A stretch of DNA of 64,000 bases from Callorhinchus milii (taxonomy: Eukaryota): positions 53,260,001-53,324,000 of the forward strand of contig NW_024704743.1 in assembly GCF_018977255.1 (NCBI RefSeq), in the 5' to 3' direction. Shown piece by piece: positions 48,901-61,499 of the stretch (its first letter is position 1; each line of letters starts with the position of its first letter). The notes under the pieces are model-generated. The model worked only from the letters and a program-made list of their open reading frames with translations. It was not told the DNA's origin and searched no databases. The translations under genes and the position numbers were made by a program.

Positions 48901-49425
48901 AGGGCGAAGTGATATTCGGATGGGTGGAAACTCACCAGCTTCAGTTGGAGTGAATGGCCTATATCAGTCCTGTAGATTCTTGTCTTGTGCTATACAGTAT
49001 TTTGCCTTTTAAGTTGTTTGTGCTGGATATGGAGCTGTAATGGTGATTCTTTTTGACTACTTTTCTCTGATGCACATTTGGTATGCACCTAATTTTTTTN
49101 AGCCAGAGTGAAGTTAATAAACTGAGGTTTGGACAAGTTCCTGTCTGGAATAGTGAGTTCCTAAAGCTATGACATTGTAAGTGCTTTTTTGATTAAATTG
49201 TTGTGTGTTTTGTCCACCATAGCCTCATTACACTAATCTTTATTTTATAGTAGTAGGCGACGTTCACCATCGCCATATTACAGCAGAGGATACCGTTCCC
49301 GTTCAAGATCCCGTTCATATTCGCCACGTAAGTGCTTAAACAGAATTATTTCTAAAACCAATGTATTTTGTATTGCTTTCAAAGAGTAATTTAATGTCTT
49401 TGTGTTTGTTGCAGGACGTTACTGA
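35973..49425 (+). CDS. TRA2A: Transformer-2 protein homolog alpha (RS1-RRM-polyGly-RS2), 8 coding exons, ~290 aa
   Basis: Join 35973-36008,41920-42053,43913-44081,47488-47676,48025-48140,48225-48365,49251-49327,49415-49425 = 873 nt, open frame. [21 protein letters not shown]...; [58 protein letters not shown] (alpha-type); long poly-Gly; ends SYSPRRY*. Confidence 0.96.
41306..41608 (+). other. TRA2A: TRA2A poison (NMD) cassette exon, ~303 nt
   Basis: ctttttccattaag|GTTAATATTGAAGAA; dense GAA/AGAA motifs; in-frame TAG at 41435-41437; donor TAA|gtaatg (alternative AG|gttaag would end it at 41603); lies between coding exons 1 and 2 like the known TRA2A/TRA2B poison exons. Confidence 0.88.
41920..42053 (+). 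CDS. TRA2A: TRA2A coding exon 2 (RS1)
   Basis: taccag|GAA...TCTAG|gtaagt; 134 nt. Confidence 0.95.
42507..42720 (+). mobile_element. CR1 LINE 3' fragment
   Basis: tggaatgcattg...gggccaataggcctccttctgtgctgta followed by attcta-type tail. Confidence 0.8.
43913..44081 (+). CDS. TRA2A: TRA2A coding exon 3 (RS1)
   Basis: cattag|ATCACAC...AGTAGG|gtaggt; 169 nt; [16 protein letters not shown]...[15 protein letters not shown]. Confidence 0.95.
44643..44792 (+). other. Candidate alternative in-frame cassette exon of TRA2A (150 nt, 50 aa)
   Basis: Pyrimidine tract plus cag acceptor, AAT|gtaagt donor, stop-free in the required phase 0, GC/CpG-richer than the flanking intron. Confidence 0.55.
46800..46844. 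repeat. Perfect 19-bp inverted repeat with 7-nt loop
   Basis: atgcagtagccaaggaagt-aaagcac-acttccttggctactgcat. Confidence 0.95.
47035..47312 (+). mobile_element. tRNA-headed DeuSINE (TRA2A intron 3)
   Basis: Same head, core and tail as 6949-7273, with a short 3' internal deletion. Confidence 0.9.
47488..47676 (+). CDS. TRA2A: TRA2A coding exon 4 (RRM, RNP2/RNP1)
   Basis: tttgcag|GCT...GAG|gtaaca; 189 nt. Confidence 0.97.
48025..48140 (+). CDS. TRA2A: TRA2A coding exon 5 ([38 protein letters not shown])
   Basis: tgacag|GCA...CA|gtaagg; 116 nt. Confidence 0.97.
48225..48365 (+). CDS. TRA2A: TRA2A coding exon 6 (18-Gly tract, [12 protein letters not shown]...)
   Basis: Acceptor tag/tag/cag (start 48225, 48228 or 48231); donor TG|gtaacc. 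Confidence 0.9.
49251..49327 (+). CDS. TRA2A: TRA2A coding exon 7 ([24 protein letters not shown])
   Basis: Acceptor tag/tag/tag (start 49251, 49254 or 49257); donor C|gtaagt. Confidence 0.92.
49415..49425 (+). CDS. TRA2A: TRA2A last coding exon (R-R-Y-stop)
   Basis: tttgttgcag|GACGTTACTGA completes the conserved SPRRY* terminus. Confidence 0.93.
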
Positions 49426-49809
49426 TGAGGCTCTGCTGGGTGGCTGACTGAAGATTTTTAATTAATGTGTTACATTATTTTTTTCGGGGGGGGGGCGGGG
49501 TGGGATTAAGCTTTTGGTAGTTCACATGTATAGTGCATGATAGTTTCTGTGGCTATAACTGCTTTGGAAAGGTAATTCTTACAGCTACTTGCTTGAACTG
49601 ATTTATGTAGTTCGTAAACTGATGTAAAGAAAGCAGAGGGCTGGAATTTAATGGTGATCTTATAATTACCAAAACAGGATAAACAATTATTTGAACACAC
49701 AAATGCCAGCATTCATTGGTTTTGTGACGGTTTCACTGTCCTGGGATTGTAACTGCTGTTGAAGCTGATCTACAGTTCTCATGTTCTGTTTTTGTGTTTT
49801 GTTTTCTTA

Positions 49810-49815
49810 AATAAA
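49810..49815 (+). terminator. Probable TRA2A polyadenylation signal
   Basis: AATAAA ~385 nt after the stop, preceded by a U-rich tract. Confidence 0.6.
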
Positions 49816-51789
49816 GCTGATGTAAACATAGAAAAAAATCAGTATTTGCTAAATAACAATTTGAATTGTACAAAAGGGTAGTGTCATGATGTCCCTCTTA
49901 TTGAACAATTCTAAAAGGTAATCTAAGTCTTGGAACCTATTGATCTGACCAGGTAATAGTGGGAACATTGAATTTCTGCCCTAGGATGAAAATGTGATGT
50001 GATGGAATTCTGTAACAATGTCTCTACACAGTTGTAAAGGATTATAAGAATTAAATTGTTTTTAGTTGATGCTGTATACTGTTTTTCAGTAAGTGGTTAC
50101 AGCTAAAGTGTGATTGGAATGTACTATATTCCTTCTACAACTCGATTTGAAAGACCAAATAATCTGTTTCTAAAACAGTCTGCATTCTTCTGAAGCAGAA
50201 CCTTTGGTGGTTTTGACATTTATTCCTGTTTGACAAATAAGAGAAATTACTACAACAGCAAAATTACGCAGTCATTTATTATTTCAAAAGTTTCAAATCT
50301 AAAGACTGTTGGGTGGGAACAAGCCATTGCTGGCATTGGAAATAGGCAATGCTAATTTGCTTTGTAGGATTCTGACCATTGGGACAAATGCTCCAATGCA
50401 ATCTAGTTGTTGAGCAGAGGCCCTCTGGGGAAACCTGTCTGGGCACTTCACGGAGTTGCTATTGGTAACCTATTACAAATGCTGTTTTCATCCCATTGTG
50501 GCCTCCCCTTGTACTCGGATCCTGATTTTTGTGCTTGAACTACAATCTCCATTCATCATCCTCTATAGCCACTGTTTATACATTCCATTGGTGTGGATCA
50601 GACTTTGATGCTTAATTTCATAAACTTCCTTACTAGCAGATTTCCAGTTCATTCGAGATTTTCAGCAAAGGTTTGATGCGCCCTCTACTTCCTCTCTTTA
50701 GACTGACCTGTTTCTCAATATTGTGAACTGCTACAATTCTGGCTTACCAAAACAATCTGATCCCTGATAACCTACTGTTTCTCAAGCTATGCTTACAGTA
50801 CTTGTTGCAGAGCTATTGGAAGTTGTCGAGTACCACAGATATTGAATCATTGAGTTCATCACAGAGAATTAGTGCACTTCTGCGCGCTTATGGGTCTATA
50901 AATTATTTTAAGAGGTATTGACTTCAAAAGATTCATTTTGCAGCTGTTTGGCCTAATGTCTTTTCTTGCACTATTACCATCTTGAGTAGTTCTCACCTCA
51001 AGTGGTTGCAGCTCCCGATGCTTACATTTATGCTGACTGCCAGTGACCTTCATGTCACCTCTTTATTGCATTTTGAACGTGCACTTAACACAAGCTTAAC
51101 TAAGGTAGGCTAACTATTCTTGCCCTAGCGACTGCTTTGTCCCTACAAGTCCTACTCATGAGTCATGAAAGAAGATCCCCCACCCCCCTTGCATGGGGAT
51201 TATTATTATAAACAAGCACTCCTTGCTTATAATAATCCTTGTATTTGACAATAGTGTATTGCTACATCAAAGCACTAGAAACTATACTGTAAAATTTTCT
51301 GACTGCCTTTTGTGGGGAATGTGGCAGATGGAGAAACTCTTCAATTGGTGTGGAATCCACCTGAACAGGCCAACGGCACAGGACCTCTGTTTAATGTCTT
51401 AGCAAAACGATGTCACCTCTGACAATGCAATACATTTCACTGGAGAGAGCATAAGCTATGGGTTCCAAGCCTTATTGGGGTGGGCTGAACCCTCAACCAA
51501 CTTTCTGATTTGGAGGTAAGAGATACCAGCTGAACCAGGCTAATTAATGCATGTAATCAGGATAAACACCCTAAAGAGGCTTAATGACTCCATCTGGTTT
51601 TGAGGCATATAAGTATGCTTAGACATTGATAAACGATTAATAATGAATTGAACAACTGGATATAATGCACTCTAGTTCAGCTTCCCCTTGCAATAAGGTG
51701 ATTAAAAATGACAACATTTTTTGAACATGGATTCAAAATTGTGCATAAGACTGGAGCTAATGTAATGCCTCAGTTTAAAAGTCTTAGCA

Positions 51790-52035
51790 TTCAGTGCCTT
51801 ATTCTGGCAGAAGGACACCTCAAAATGCGTCACAGGATTTAGTGAAATGGAGTGACAAGGCAAATGTGGCAGCCAGTTTTGCAGACAGCAACGTCCCACA
51901 GACAGTCCTGAAATGAATGACAACTTTGGGAATTGTCGGTCAGGACACCGGGAGAAACTTCTCTGAATTGTGCCAAGGATGTTTAACATCCACCTGAACA
52001 GGCTGATCGGAGCTTGGTTTAACATCTTATCCGAA
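51790..52035 (-). mobile_element. Old DeuSINE
   Basis: ggcagccagttttgcagacagcaacgtcccacagacag and gtttaacatccacctgaacaggc are the reverse complement of the Deu domain. Confidence 0.7.
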
Positions 52036-53359
52036 GAGTGGGGGTGAAGAAAGGGACCAACTACGCAACTGTAATTATGAACCAGTCAGATTAACATCCA
52101 CATTGGGCAATTAAAAAAAATTAGGGTGCATGGTATTAATGGAAACCTAGAGCATAGGCAGTAAGTTGGGTAAAAGATAGGAAACGGTGGGAGTAGATAG
52201 GATGTAATTAGTGGTGTCCACCAGGGGTCAGTGTCCAGACCACTGCTTTTCTCCCATTTGTATAGAAGATTTGGATTCTGGTGCAGTACAGTAGAACTCG
52301 TACAAGTTGCCTCTTCATAAATTATACAATCATCTAAGTCGTACATGAACCCAAGTCCCATTCAGTCTACCAAAAACCACATAGATTTCTTTGCACTGGT
52401 CGTATTTTATAAATTGGATAAACAACAACAAATTACACTTGTATAGCGCCCTTCATATTGGAAAAACGTCCCAGGGCGCTGGGTAATCAGGGTTTGGACC
52501 CAAGTAGGGGTGGGAGGCTTGGCCGAAGGCACAGTTGAAGAAGAAGGTCTGGACCGGACTTCAAGGAGGCCAGAGAGGCTAAATTGTAACTTTCTTGGTC
52601 CCAAATAATCCTGAATCCTAATATAAATCATCTCCCAACTCGTATTGCCATAACCGCACTTACCGGCTGCACTGAAGTAAGCATCCGCTGTGTTCCATTT
52701 GAACCAAGCACTGGAAATGGTGGTGGGAGCCAAAGAGTGTGGGGAGGGTAAAGATGACCGAAAGTATAATCAGAAGGTAAGTCTTGAGGCAGCATTTGAA
52801 TGGTGAGGGAAGGATTTAGTCGGAGTTAAAGACCGTGCCTAAAAGTTTGCCCATAAATAGGATGGATATGGTGAAGGACAAGAAGCAGCCAGGTTTGCTG
52901 AGCCAAGAGAGTGGCAGGGTCGGTTGAATTGTAGGAGGGTGCAGAGGTAGGGTGAGGCAAAGTTGGGACGGATTTTAAAGGTAAAACGAGGAGTGGAAAC
53001 TGGATTGAAGAGATGGAAGAGAAAAGCTGCGAGGCAATGACTTTCCAGTACTGAGAAGAGGAAGGGCAAGTTAGAGCATTATTGGAAGCCTGGAACTATC
53101 GGGGAAGGAAGTGGATGATTATTATTATTTAGCTAACATTAGGTAGTTTAATGTCTCCAAGACGCTGTCCTGTGTGAAAGGTATAATATAAATGCAAATT
53201 GTGGTAATAGCAGCACAAGGGGAAGTTGGCTGGTCAGGAGTGGTGCAGGGATAGGGTCAAGGAAGCAAATGAGTTTCATGTGGGAGATGAGGGAGGAGAG
53301 AGATGCAGGAAAGACCAGGTTGAAAGTGTGGAATGAGGGGTGGGTGGAGGCTGGGGGGG

Positions 53360-53700
53360 AGGAAGAGTTTGATAAGGTTGATAAGCTATTTTACACTGAT
53401 TGGGTAGATCATAACCAAGAGACACAAGTATAAGATAGTGACTGGAGGATCTAAGAAAATTCAGGAGGAACTACTTCACACAGAGGACACTGAGATTGTG
53501 GAACTCGCTGCTTGAAGTGGTGGTTGAATCAAATAGATGTATTCAAGAAGAAGCTAGACCTTCACATGAAGAAAAGGGAAACGAAAAGGTATGGGAGGAA
53601 GTAAGAAGTGGGTTGAGACTCGTGTGGAGAGTAAACACTGGCACCGACTGGTTGGGGTAAGTGGCCTGTTTCTGGCTATACATTCTTTGTAAATCTTTGT
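53360..53700 (+). mobile_element. Old CR1 3' fragment
   Basis: TKRHKYKI / RRNYFTQR..LWNSL-like translation and ggcctgtttct end. Confidence 0.7.
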
Positions 53701-54469
53701 GATCCTCCTCCAAACCAAATTAAACACATTACTGTGAACAAAGACTTCCAAAGCATAAATTCAAAGTGCAAACTAAATGGTGCTCAGCAATGAAAACCTC
53801 AGGCATACTTTCTGGACTATTTCACAAGCATAAAATACCATAATGTAAAATATGTCAAACATAAAAGGAAAGAACAACCCTTGTGGAAATGCAATTACTG
53901 TATTTCATATTACTGATGGAACATTTGATATAAACATCTACAAACAAAACAACTGAGTAAGACCACAAAACAAAATTAAGGCAACCAACCTTTTCATCAG
54001 AAGACAATGAAAAATGTTAATGTGCCCTAACAAAATTAACCTTTTTTGTTTATGGAACGAGCGTTCTAATAAATAATGCTTGCATTTGATACAGCGCATT
54101 TCATGTCAAGAGCACATCTCAAAGGATTTACTGTAAAGTGTAGTGACTATTTTACTGGGGAATACGGCAACCAATTTGCACACAGAATAATTCTCTTCAT
54201 GGCTATTAGTGGACATTTCTGTCAGATAAAGAAATTATCAAATATTAATTGACTTGGACTTTTTCTTTTAAAAAAAATTCAAAAATTTTAAAAAATCCTA
54301 AGAAACAGCCAAACTTAAAATGATAACCATCCTGATTTTTCCTGAGTTCTACAAACTCAACTTCTTAACATCTTATTAAAAAAAAAGGTGGTATCCATCT
54401 CTCCTGATGTCCCTGTAACATTTCCCATGTGTACTTTAAGAAGTGATCTGATTAAGCTGTCAACAAGGA

Positions 54470-56005
54470 ATACAACAATAACAACAAGATTCCATTTATT
54501 GAGCGCCTTTCACGTCGGGAGGATGTCCGAAGGCGCTGTACAGTTGGGTCAGGACCCGAGCAGGGGGGAAATGGTTAGGGGGAGGGAAGGGAGGGAGCGA
54601 GGAGGGGGTAGAGAATCGAGAGGGGAGCTGAAGGCACGGTCAAAGAGAAAGGTCTTGAAACCGGCCTTGAAGGAGAAAAGGGAGGAGGCGGCGAAGGCAC
54701 TGGGGATAGAGTTCCAGAGCCTCGGGGCTGAGAGGCTGAAGGCCCGGCCACCGATGGTAGGGCGGTTGGGGCGGGGGATGTGGAGCAGACCGGAGCCAGA
54801 GGAACGGAGGGTACGGGCAGGTAGGTAGGGGGATAGTAGGTCGGAGAGGTAGGAGGGAGCAAGGCCGTGAATGGCCTTGTAGGTGAGGATGAGGATCTTG
54901 AATTCAATCCTCTGGGGGATGGGGAGCCAGTGGAGGCGAGCGAGGGTGGGAGTGATGTGGTCCGAAGCCTGGTGCGGGACAGTACACGAGCTGCAGAGTT
55001 CTGAATGACCTGCAGCTTGTGGAGGGAGGTGCCGGGAAGGCCGGCGAGGAGAGAGTTCCCATAGTCCATACTTGAGGTGATAAAGGCGTGGACCAGAGTT
55101 TCAGCAGCGTGAGGGGTGAGGTAGTGCCGTAGTCTGGCGATGTTCCGGAGGTGATGGAAGGCGGTGCCAGTTGTGGCGCAGATATGAGGGAGAAAGGACA
55201 GCTCAGGGTCGAACAGAACCCCGAGGTTCCTGACTGGCTTTGAGAGGTGGAGAGTGCAGCCTTGGATGCTGATGCTGTCAGCGCCTGAGGTGCGGAGGCG
55301 CTGACGTGAGCCAATCAGGAGGGCCTCAGTTTTGCGCACGTTGAGCTGAAGAAAGTTATCTCTCGTCCAGGACTCGATGTCGGACAGGCAGCTGTCAGGA
55401 CATCGGTGGTCGTGGAGTTGAGGGTAGAGGAGGAAAGGTAGAGTTGGGTGTCATCCGCATACATGTGGAAGTTAACCCCATGTCTGCGGATGATGTCACC
55501 AGGGGAAGCATATAGAGGGTGAAGAGGAGGGGACCGAGGACAGAACCTTGAGGGAAACCGCACGAGACACTGCGGGGGGTGGAGGAAAAACCATTCGTGG
55601 AGACAAAGTGAAGACGGTGGGAGAGGTACGACCTAAACCACTCAAGGACAGGGCCTTGAAGGTTTAGGTGGGAGGACAAGCGGTGGAGGAGGATAGTGTG
55701 GTCGACCGTTTCGAATGCTGCCGATAGGTCGAGGAGGCAGAGGGAGCCCTGGTCACAGATGGTCAGGATATCATTGGTGACCTTGACCAGGGCAGTTTCT
55801 GTGCTATGGGCAGCACGGAAACCCGACTGAAGGGGTTCGAATAATGAATGGTTGGAGAGGAAAGAGCGCAGCTGGGAGGCGACAACTCGTTCCAGGACCT
55901 TGGACAGGAAGGGGAGGTTGGAGATGGGCCGGTAGCTTGATAGCTGCGACGCATCAAGGGAGGGTTTTTTCAAGGTGGGAGTGATGGTGGCAGTTTTTAA
56001 GGGAA
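54470..56005 (-). mobile_element. L2-clade LINE, RT domain to 3' tail, frameshifted
   Basis: [65 protein letters not shown]. Confidence 0.93.
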
Positions 56006-56189
56006 TGGGAATAGATATATGACTCTTCCCTCTGCATGAGGAATCCAAAACAAGGGTATATCATCTCAAAAATTAGAACTAGGATGGTTAGGAGCATGGC
56101 CAGAAAACAAGTCTGGTTGTGAAGATGCGGAATGCACTGCCCCAGAAGCTGTTGGATGTAAAAATCAATTAGAATACGTAAAAAGGAGA

Positions 56190-57163
56190 TACATTAGAAT
56201 ATACAGCACAGAAACAGGCCATTCGGCTCAACTGGTCTATGTCGGTGTTTATGCTCCACATGTGCCTCCTCGTGCCCTTCCTCAACTAAGCCTTCAGGCA
56301 TAACCTTCTATTCCTTTTGCCCTCATGTCCCTATCAAGCTTCCCCTTAAATACATCTATGCTATTTGTCTCAGCAACTCCCAGTGGTAGCATGTTCCACA
56401 TTCCCGCTACTCTCTGTGTGAAGAAATTTCTTCTATCTTCCCTATTTGACCTATTTGTGACTATTTTGTATTGATGGTCCTTAGTTTTGGTCTCCCCCAC
56501 AAGTGGAAACATCTTCCCTATGTCTACCCTATCAAAATCTTTCATCATTTTAAAGACCTCTATCAGGTCATCCCTTACCCTCCTCTTTTCAAGAGAAGAG
56601 TCCAAGTATGTTCAGCCTTTCCTGATAAGTATAAACTCTCGGTTCTGGGGTCATCCTTGTGAATCTCCTTTGCACAATCTCCAGTGCTCCACATCCCTTC
56701 TATAATGTCGGGACAGGAACTGCACACAGTATTCTAGTGAGGTCTAACCGAGGTTCTGTAGAAGTTTACCATAACTTCCCTGCTATTCATTTCTATCTCT
56801 CTAGAAATGAACCCCAATGCCTGGTTTGCTTTATTTAATGGCCTTATTAACCTGCGTTGCTACTTTTAGTGAATTGTATATGTGTACCCCTAGGCCCCCC
56901 TACCCCATTTAGGTTTTTATTTTCCAGGATGTATGTGACTTCCTTATTCCTTCTACCAAAATGTACCACCTCACACTTTTCTACATTGAAATGCATTTGC
57001 CATTTAAATGCCCATTCAGCAAGTTTATTAATGTCTTGCTGTAATTTGTTGCAGTCCTCTTCTGTATTAACTACTCCCCCCCAATTTGGTGTCGTCCGCA
57101 AATTTTGAATTTGTACTGCTGATTCCCGAGTCCAAATCATTAATGTATATTGTGAACAACAGT
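56190..57163 (-). mobile_element. CR1 LINE 3' portion
   Basis: KWQMHFNVEKCEVVHFG, SLEKRRVRDDLIEVFKMM, RRNFFTQRVAGMWN; end acaggccattcggctcaac. Confidence 0.92.
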
Positions 57164-57378
57164 GGGACGCCTCAAAGCGCTTCACATAATGTAATATACT
57201 GTAATGTGAATTGACTGCATATTTTGTGGGTGAAACACAGCAATCAATTGTGCACAGCAGTGTTCCACGAACAGCCGTGGATTGAGTGACTGTATTTTTT
57301 TTGGGGTGGGGGAGAGATTATTAGCCCCCAGAATGCGCTCTAGCAATCGACTAACAACCAGGTTCCTACTTACTGCTA
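57164..57378 (-). mobile_element. DeuSINE fragment
   Basis: Reverse complement of the SINE core and linker. Confidence 0.75.
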
Positions 57379-59179
57379 GGTTTTCCCTATATTAATATCA
57401 AATATTGTTCCTGTATTAAGGAGTAGGGAAAAAAGACTAAAATAGGATCGCCAGATCTGCCAATGATCTAATGAACTGGTAGAACAAGCTCTTGTCCTAT
57501 TCCTATGTTTCTATGACATGGTCATGTTCATGGGGTATGAACAAATATTACAAAATCTATCACTAGCATTTGGAATGCTTTTAAGCAAGCTTTCACATCT
57601 AGTCAATTCAATTCTTCCTCAGTTTTCCTTTACTGAATACTTACTTATTTCCATTCCATATTGGTATTATTCAATAGTGCTTTGGACCTTTGTGAATCAA
57701 GAAATGCTTCAGTTCCAATTTAAGGCACTCGTATTTTAATGATCACAGTAACAGTGAATAATGCTCTTACACAACACATATGGAATCACAATTGCTGTGA
57801 TCAATCCAATATATAATATACTGGATGTAAATCCACCAAAATGAATGTATTTCAGTTCAACACCTATCATTAAGCCTCAACATTACAACGCTCCACTTCA
57901 AACAGCTGTGCAAACTTTTTTTTGTGTTGTTAAATATGAACTGATGTCAAGATAGCAGTATCTATAGCCATCCATAGGGAAGTAAGTAAGTAAGTATGGC
58001 CTCTTAGCTCTCATAATGCATGACTAATTTCCACTGCAGAAATCCCAGGGATATTCTCTCTGTTTACTGCACCAAACCGAGAGGAGAAGATCTCAAAGGT
58101 TTGAAATTCTCATGTTCTTAGCCTAAAGACCATTGTCTTAAAATTTTAACTTTGTGCAGAATTTTGTGAAATAATCTCAAAGTCTGTCTTAATGTTCCTC
58201 AAATCTGTGGTCAATTTAATTCTAAAGTTACTGCCATGCCTGAAGGGGATAATGTCTTGATTAACACATCCTGTAAAAATTCCCTTGCTGGAGACCACTA
58301 ATCTCTGATTGCCACAAGTCCCTCAAGACAAAGCCAGTTATTTTCAAGAATTCTTTTTGGTCAGCTGGGTGTCTGCCACATGTAAAAACCCAACACCATG
58401 CTAAAGAGTATCTAAATCAGACTGAGAATTCCACATATGGATGCCACCTACATGTGGACATTTCTGTGCATCTGGAATTAACACACTCTCCCTGGAGGAA
58501 TGAATTCTGCTTACCTAATTCTAGAGAATATTAGGTGTGGCTTGGCAAGAGCTAAGGCTTGGGGACCTCAGAGTTAAATTACTGCTGGAGTTTAACCAGA
58601 TACAACTATTTGCCATTGAGAGCATTATCTGGCAAGCTTCTTGCTATTTGTCCAGCAAGGATCATCCTACTTGTTTTTGCTTGCAGGGCTAACAGCAGCT
58701 GAGTGAGAAGAATCCCTGTGACTGGTCTGCCCTTCTGCTAATAAGTCAGATTCTTCCCTCTAGGTCACAAAGAGGAGGGGAATGAGGAATGCTGCTTTTC
58801 AGATGAAAAGCTAAACCAAGGTCCTGTCTGTCATTCTTCAAGTGAACATCATAGACCCCATGACATTATTTGAAAAGAGAGTGACTTTCTTCCCATATCC
58901 ACCCAACTATCCTTCAGATACATTGTTTAATCAGCTCATGGAAGATATTTGGCTGGTTGGCATAAAAGGTTAGGTCAGGGTATTAAGGGATACAGGGCAA
59001 AGGTGTGTAATTTGACTTGAGATTCAGATTACCCATGATTTTATAAAATGGTGAAACAAGCTCGGGGGGCCAAATGGCCTTCTCCTGTTTCTATGTAAAT
59101 GTCATCTTTTCCATCACAGCCTCACCTGTCAGTAATTATGTGTGAACTGGTTCAACATTTCAACACAATAACACAATGT

Positions 59180-59444
59180 GGAGTCCTGTAGAGTAGTGGT
59201 TAGAGCACTTGCCTCGCAAGCAATAGAACCTGTGTTCAATTCCTGGGCAAGGTGAAATCTTAGGCAAGTTTACTTGCTCCACATGCCTCTGTTATTCAGC
59301 AATAAGTAGGAACCTGGTTGTTAGTAGATTGGTGGATTGCTTTCCAGGGGTAATCCTTTTTTTAAAAAAAACATTTTGTCAATCAATCCACAACGTCTCA
59401 ACAACTTGATAAGGTGCTATATCAAATGTAAAATGCAAGGATTA
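59180..59444 (+). mobile_element. tRNA-headed DeuSINE (long-linker variant, core deleted)
   Basis: ggagtcctgtagagtagtggttagagcac head, linker, tail gtgctatatcaaatg. Confidence 0.8.
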
Positions 59445-60114
59445 ATAAGATGCAATAAAAATGCTTTTTTCCAAAAATAAACTTTATTATTCAAAATGTT
59501 GAAACTTTTATATACACGCGGGTAAAAGTTGTGCCAGCTTATGCAAACAGATACATTCATGTCCTTTTGTTATATTCATTACTGTGGTCATTATATTTAT
59601 ATGACAGTATTCATATAATTTAAATTTACACCATTCTTCATGTGGTGGGATACAGGTGGATTTACTTTGATACAGTTATCGTTCAGTACACTTTGATGTT
59701 ACTGCAGTTACTTAGAAAATGCTATAGGAACAAGTACAGGGTAACCTTGGTTTTGCCACTGCTGTATGAGCTTTATGTGAATCTAAGTCCCCTACTCACC
59801 TTAACAGCAGCTCTAGCTTATGGTCATTGCTATGGTCATTGCATCCATGAGCATATGATTTCTGACCATGAAATTCAATCAGGTTTTGGGCTGATGATTC
59901 ATCAGCAACAATAAATGTACATCTCCATAAAACATTTCAGAGTCCTAGATACTGAAAGAAAGGTATTAGATTGAAAAAGTGCTCCTAAAGTCCATCAGTC
60001 TGAGGAAAGCACACAGAGTCTCATTGTAATTGCATATACTGTATTGAAGTTTCTTCGCTGATCTAGGGTGACACACCATACAGTGCTGGGGAGCTTTACA
60101 TCAAAAGATATGCA

Positions 60115-60400
60115 GTTCTTTGTGAGACGCTAAAACCGAGGTCCCATTTGCCTGTTCAAATGGATGTTAAAGATCCCATGGCACCATTCTAAAAGAGAAG
60201 GGAGTTTCTCTTGGTCTCTTGGCCAAAAACTCCAAATCAAATTGATCATTCATTACATCGTTGTTTGTGGGACAATGCTGCATGCAAAATTGTCTGCAAT
60301 ATTTTCTTATGAATATAGTCTATTTACAGTAAATACTGTGAAGGGCTTTGAGGAATTTAAACAATATGAAAAGGCACTATATGAAATGCAAGGATTATTT
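60115..60400 (+). mobile_element. Old DeuSINE body
   Basis: aaaccgaggtccc...ggatgttaaagatcccatggcac...ttgtttgtgggacaatgctgcatgcaaaattg...gaaaaggcactatatgaaatgcaagg. Confidence 0.75.
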
Positions 60401-61499
60401 TTTGTTAATTGCTGGCAATGGCAACCTAATAAAGTATTTTTTTAAAAAAAAGTAACTCATCTTTGAATTAATTGAAGATTGATTGCCACAACAAGGTTAC
60501 TCTACAAACCTCACAGGATGGGGTGGGGAGGAGAAACATTAAGTAGACCCCAACCTTCCCAGAACAGGTAATCCATTATCGATCCTTAGTATCATTCCAC
60601 CCTGGTTTTCCGCTGAATCCATGAATTAATAAACTGAAAGCAATCTACATATGTAGAACAATGTTCCCAGAAAAAAAGGAAGCCGAGGATCATAATCAAG
60701 CAGAACTTCCTGGGCAAGTTTTTATCCACCAATAGGCAGACTGGAGAATACAATACTGTACTGTAGTTGTTCCAGCAAGCAAGTGCCTGGTCTGCCCTCT
60801 ATTGACAACATGCCTGCAATGCCTATTACAGAGTACTGTACTGTATATCTGTCTCATCTGCGGTTGTTAAGTTTACATTGTTTAACATTTAAAACTTGTC
60901 AAAAATTCTTGATGGAGGGTTGGAGGAAGACACAGAAAATATTCTACAAATTCCAGCAGCAGGCATGAACTAAGAACAATGAGCAATCCTTAGTCAGAGC
61001 ACAAAGTCAAGCTTCTGGAAGCCGCAATTCTGTCTAAACCTAGACACCAGCCATTTGGCGTCAACCGCTCAGTAAAGTTTAGGAGACCACATGAAGGGCT
61101 AGATCTCTGGCACATAAGTAGGAACACCAGTGGAGTGACTAATATGTCTGTGGCATGTGATAACTAAAAGATTTTGGTGTTAAAGAAACCATTTCCATAT
61201 TACATTTCAAAGATTATCACATTTAAAAGAAAAGTTGACCCAACAACAACCTATGGGGTTTCCTTTCCCCCCCTCTCTTGTTGAATGAGGTGGCCATTCG
61301 TCTTATTAGATTCCTTGACTATAAAAGAATCAGATGTATTCCCGTTACTTTGCAGTTACTTTGTTACTTAGGCAAGAGCAATCTAAACCTAACGAGATCC
61401 AGGAAACCTGATTCAATTCTTGAAATGGGACCTATAGATCTCAAGGATGTCTACCCTCATATGTACATCACAGACACACATTTCCCACCTCCTATCCCT

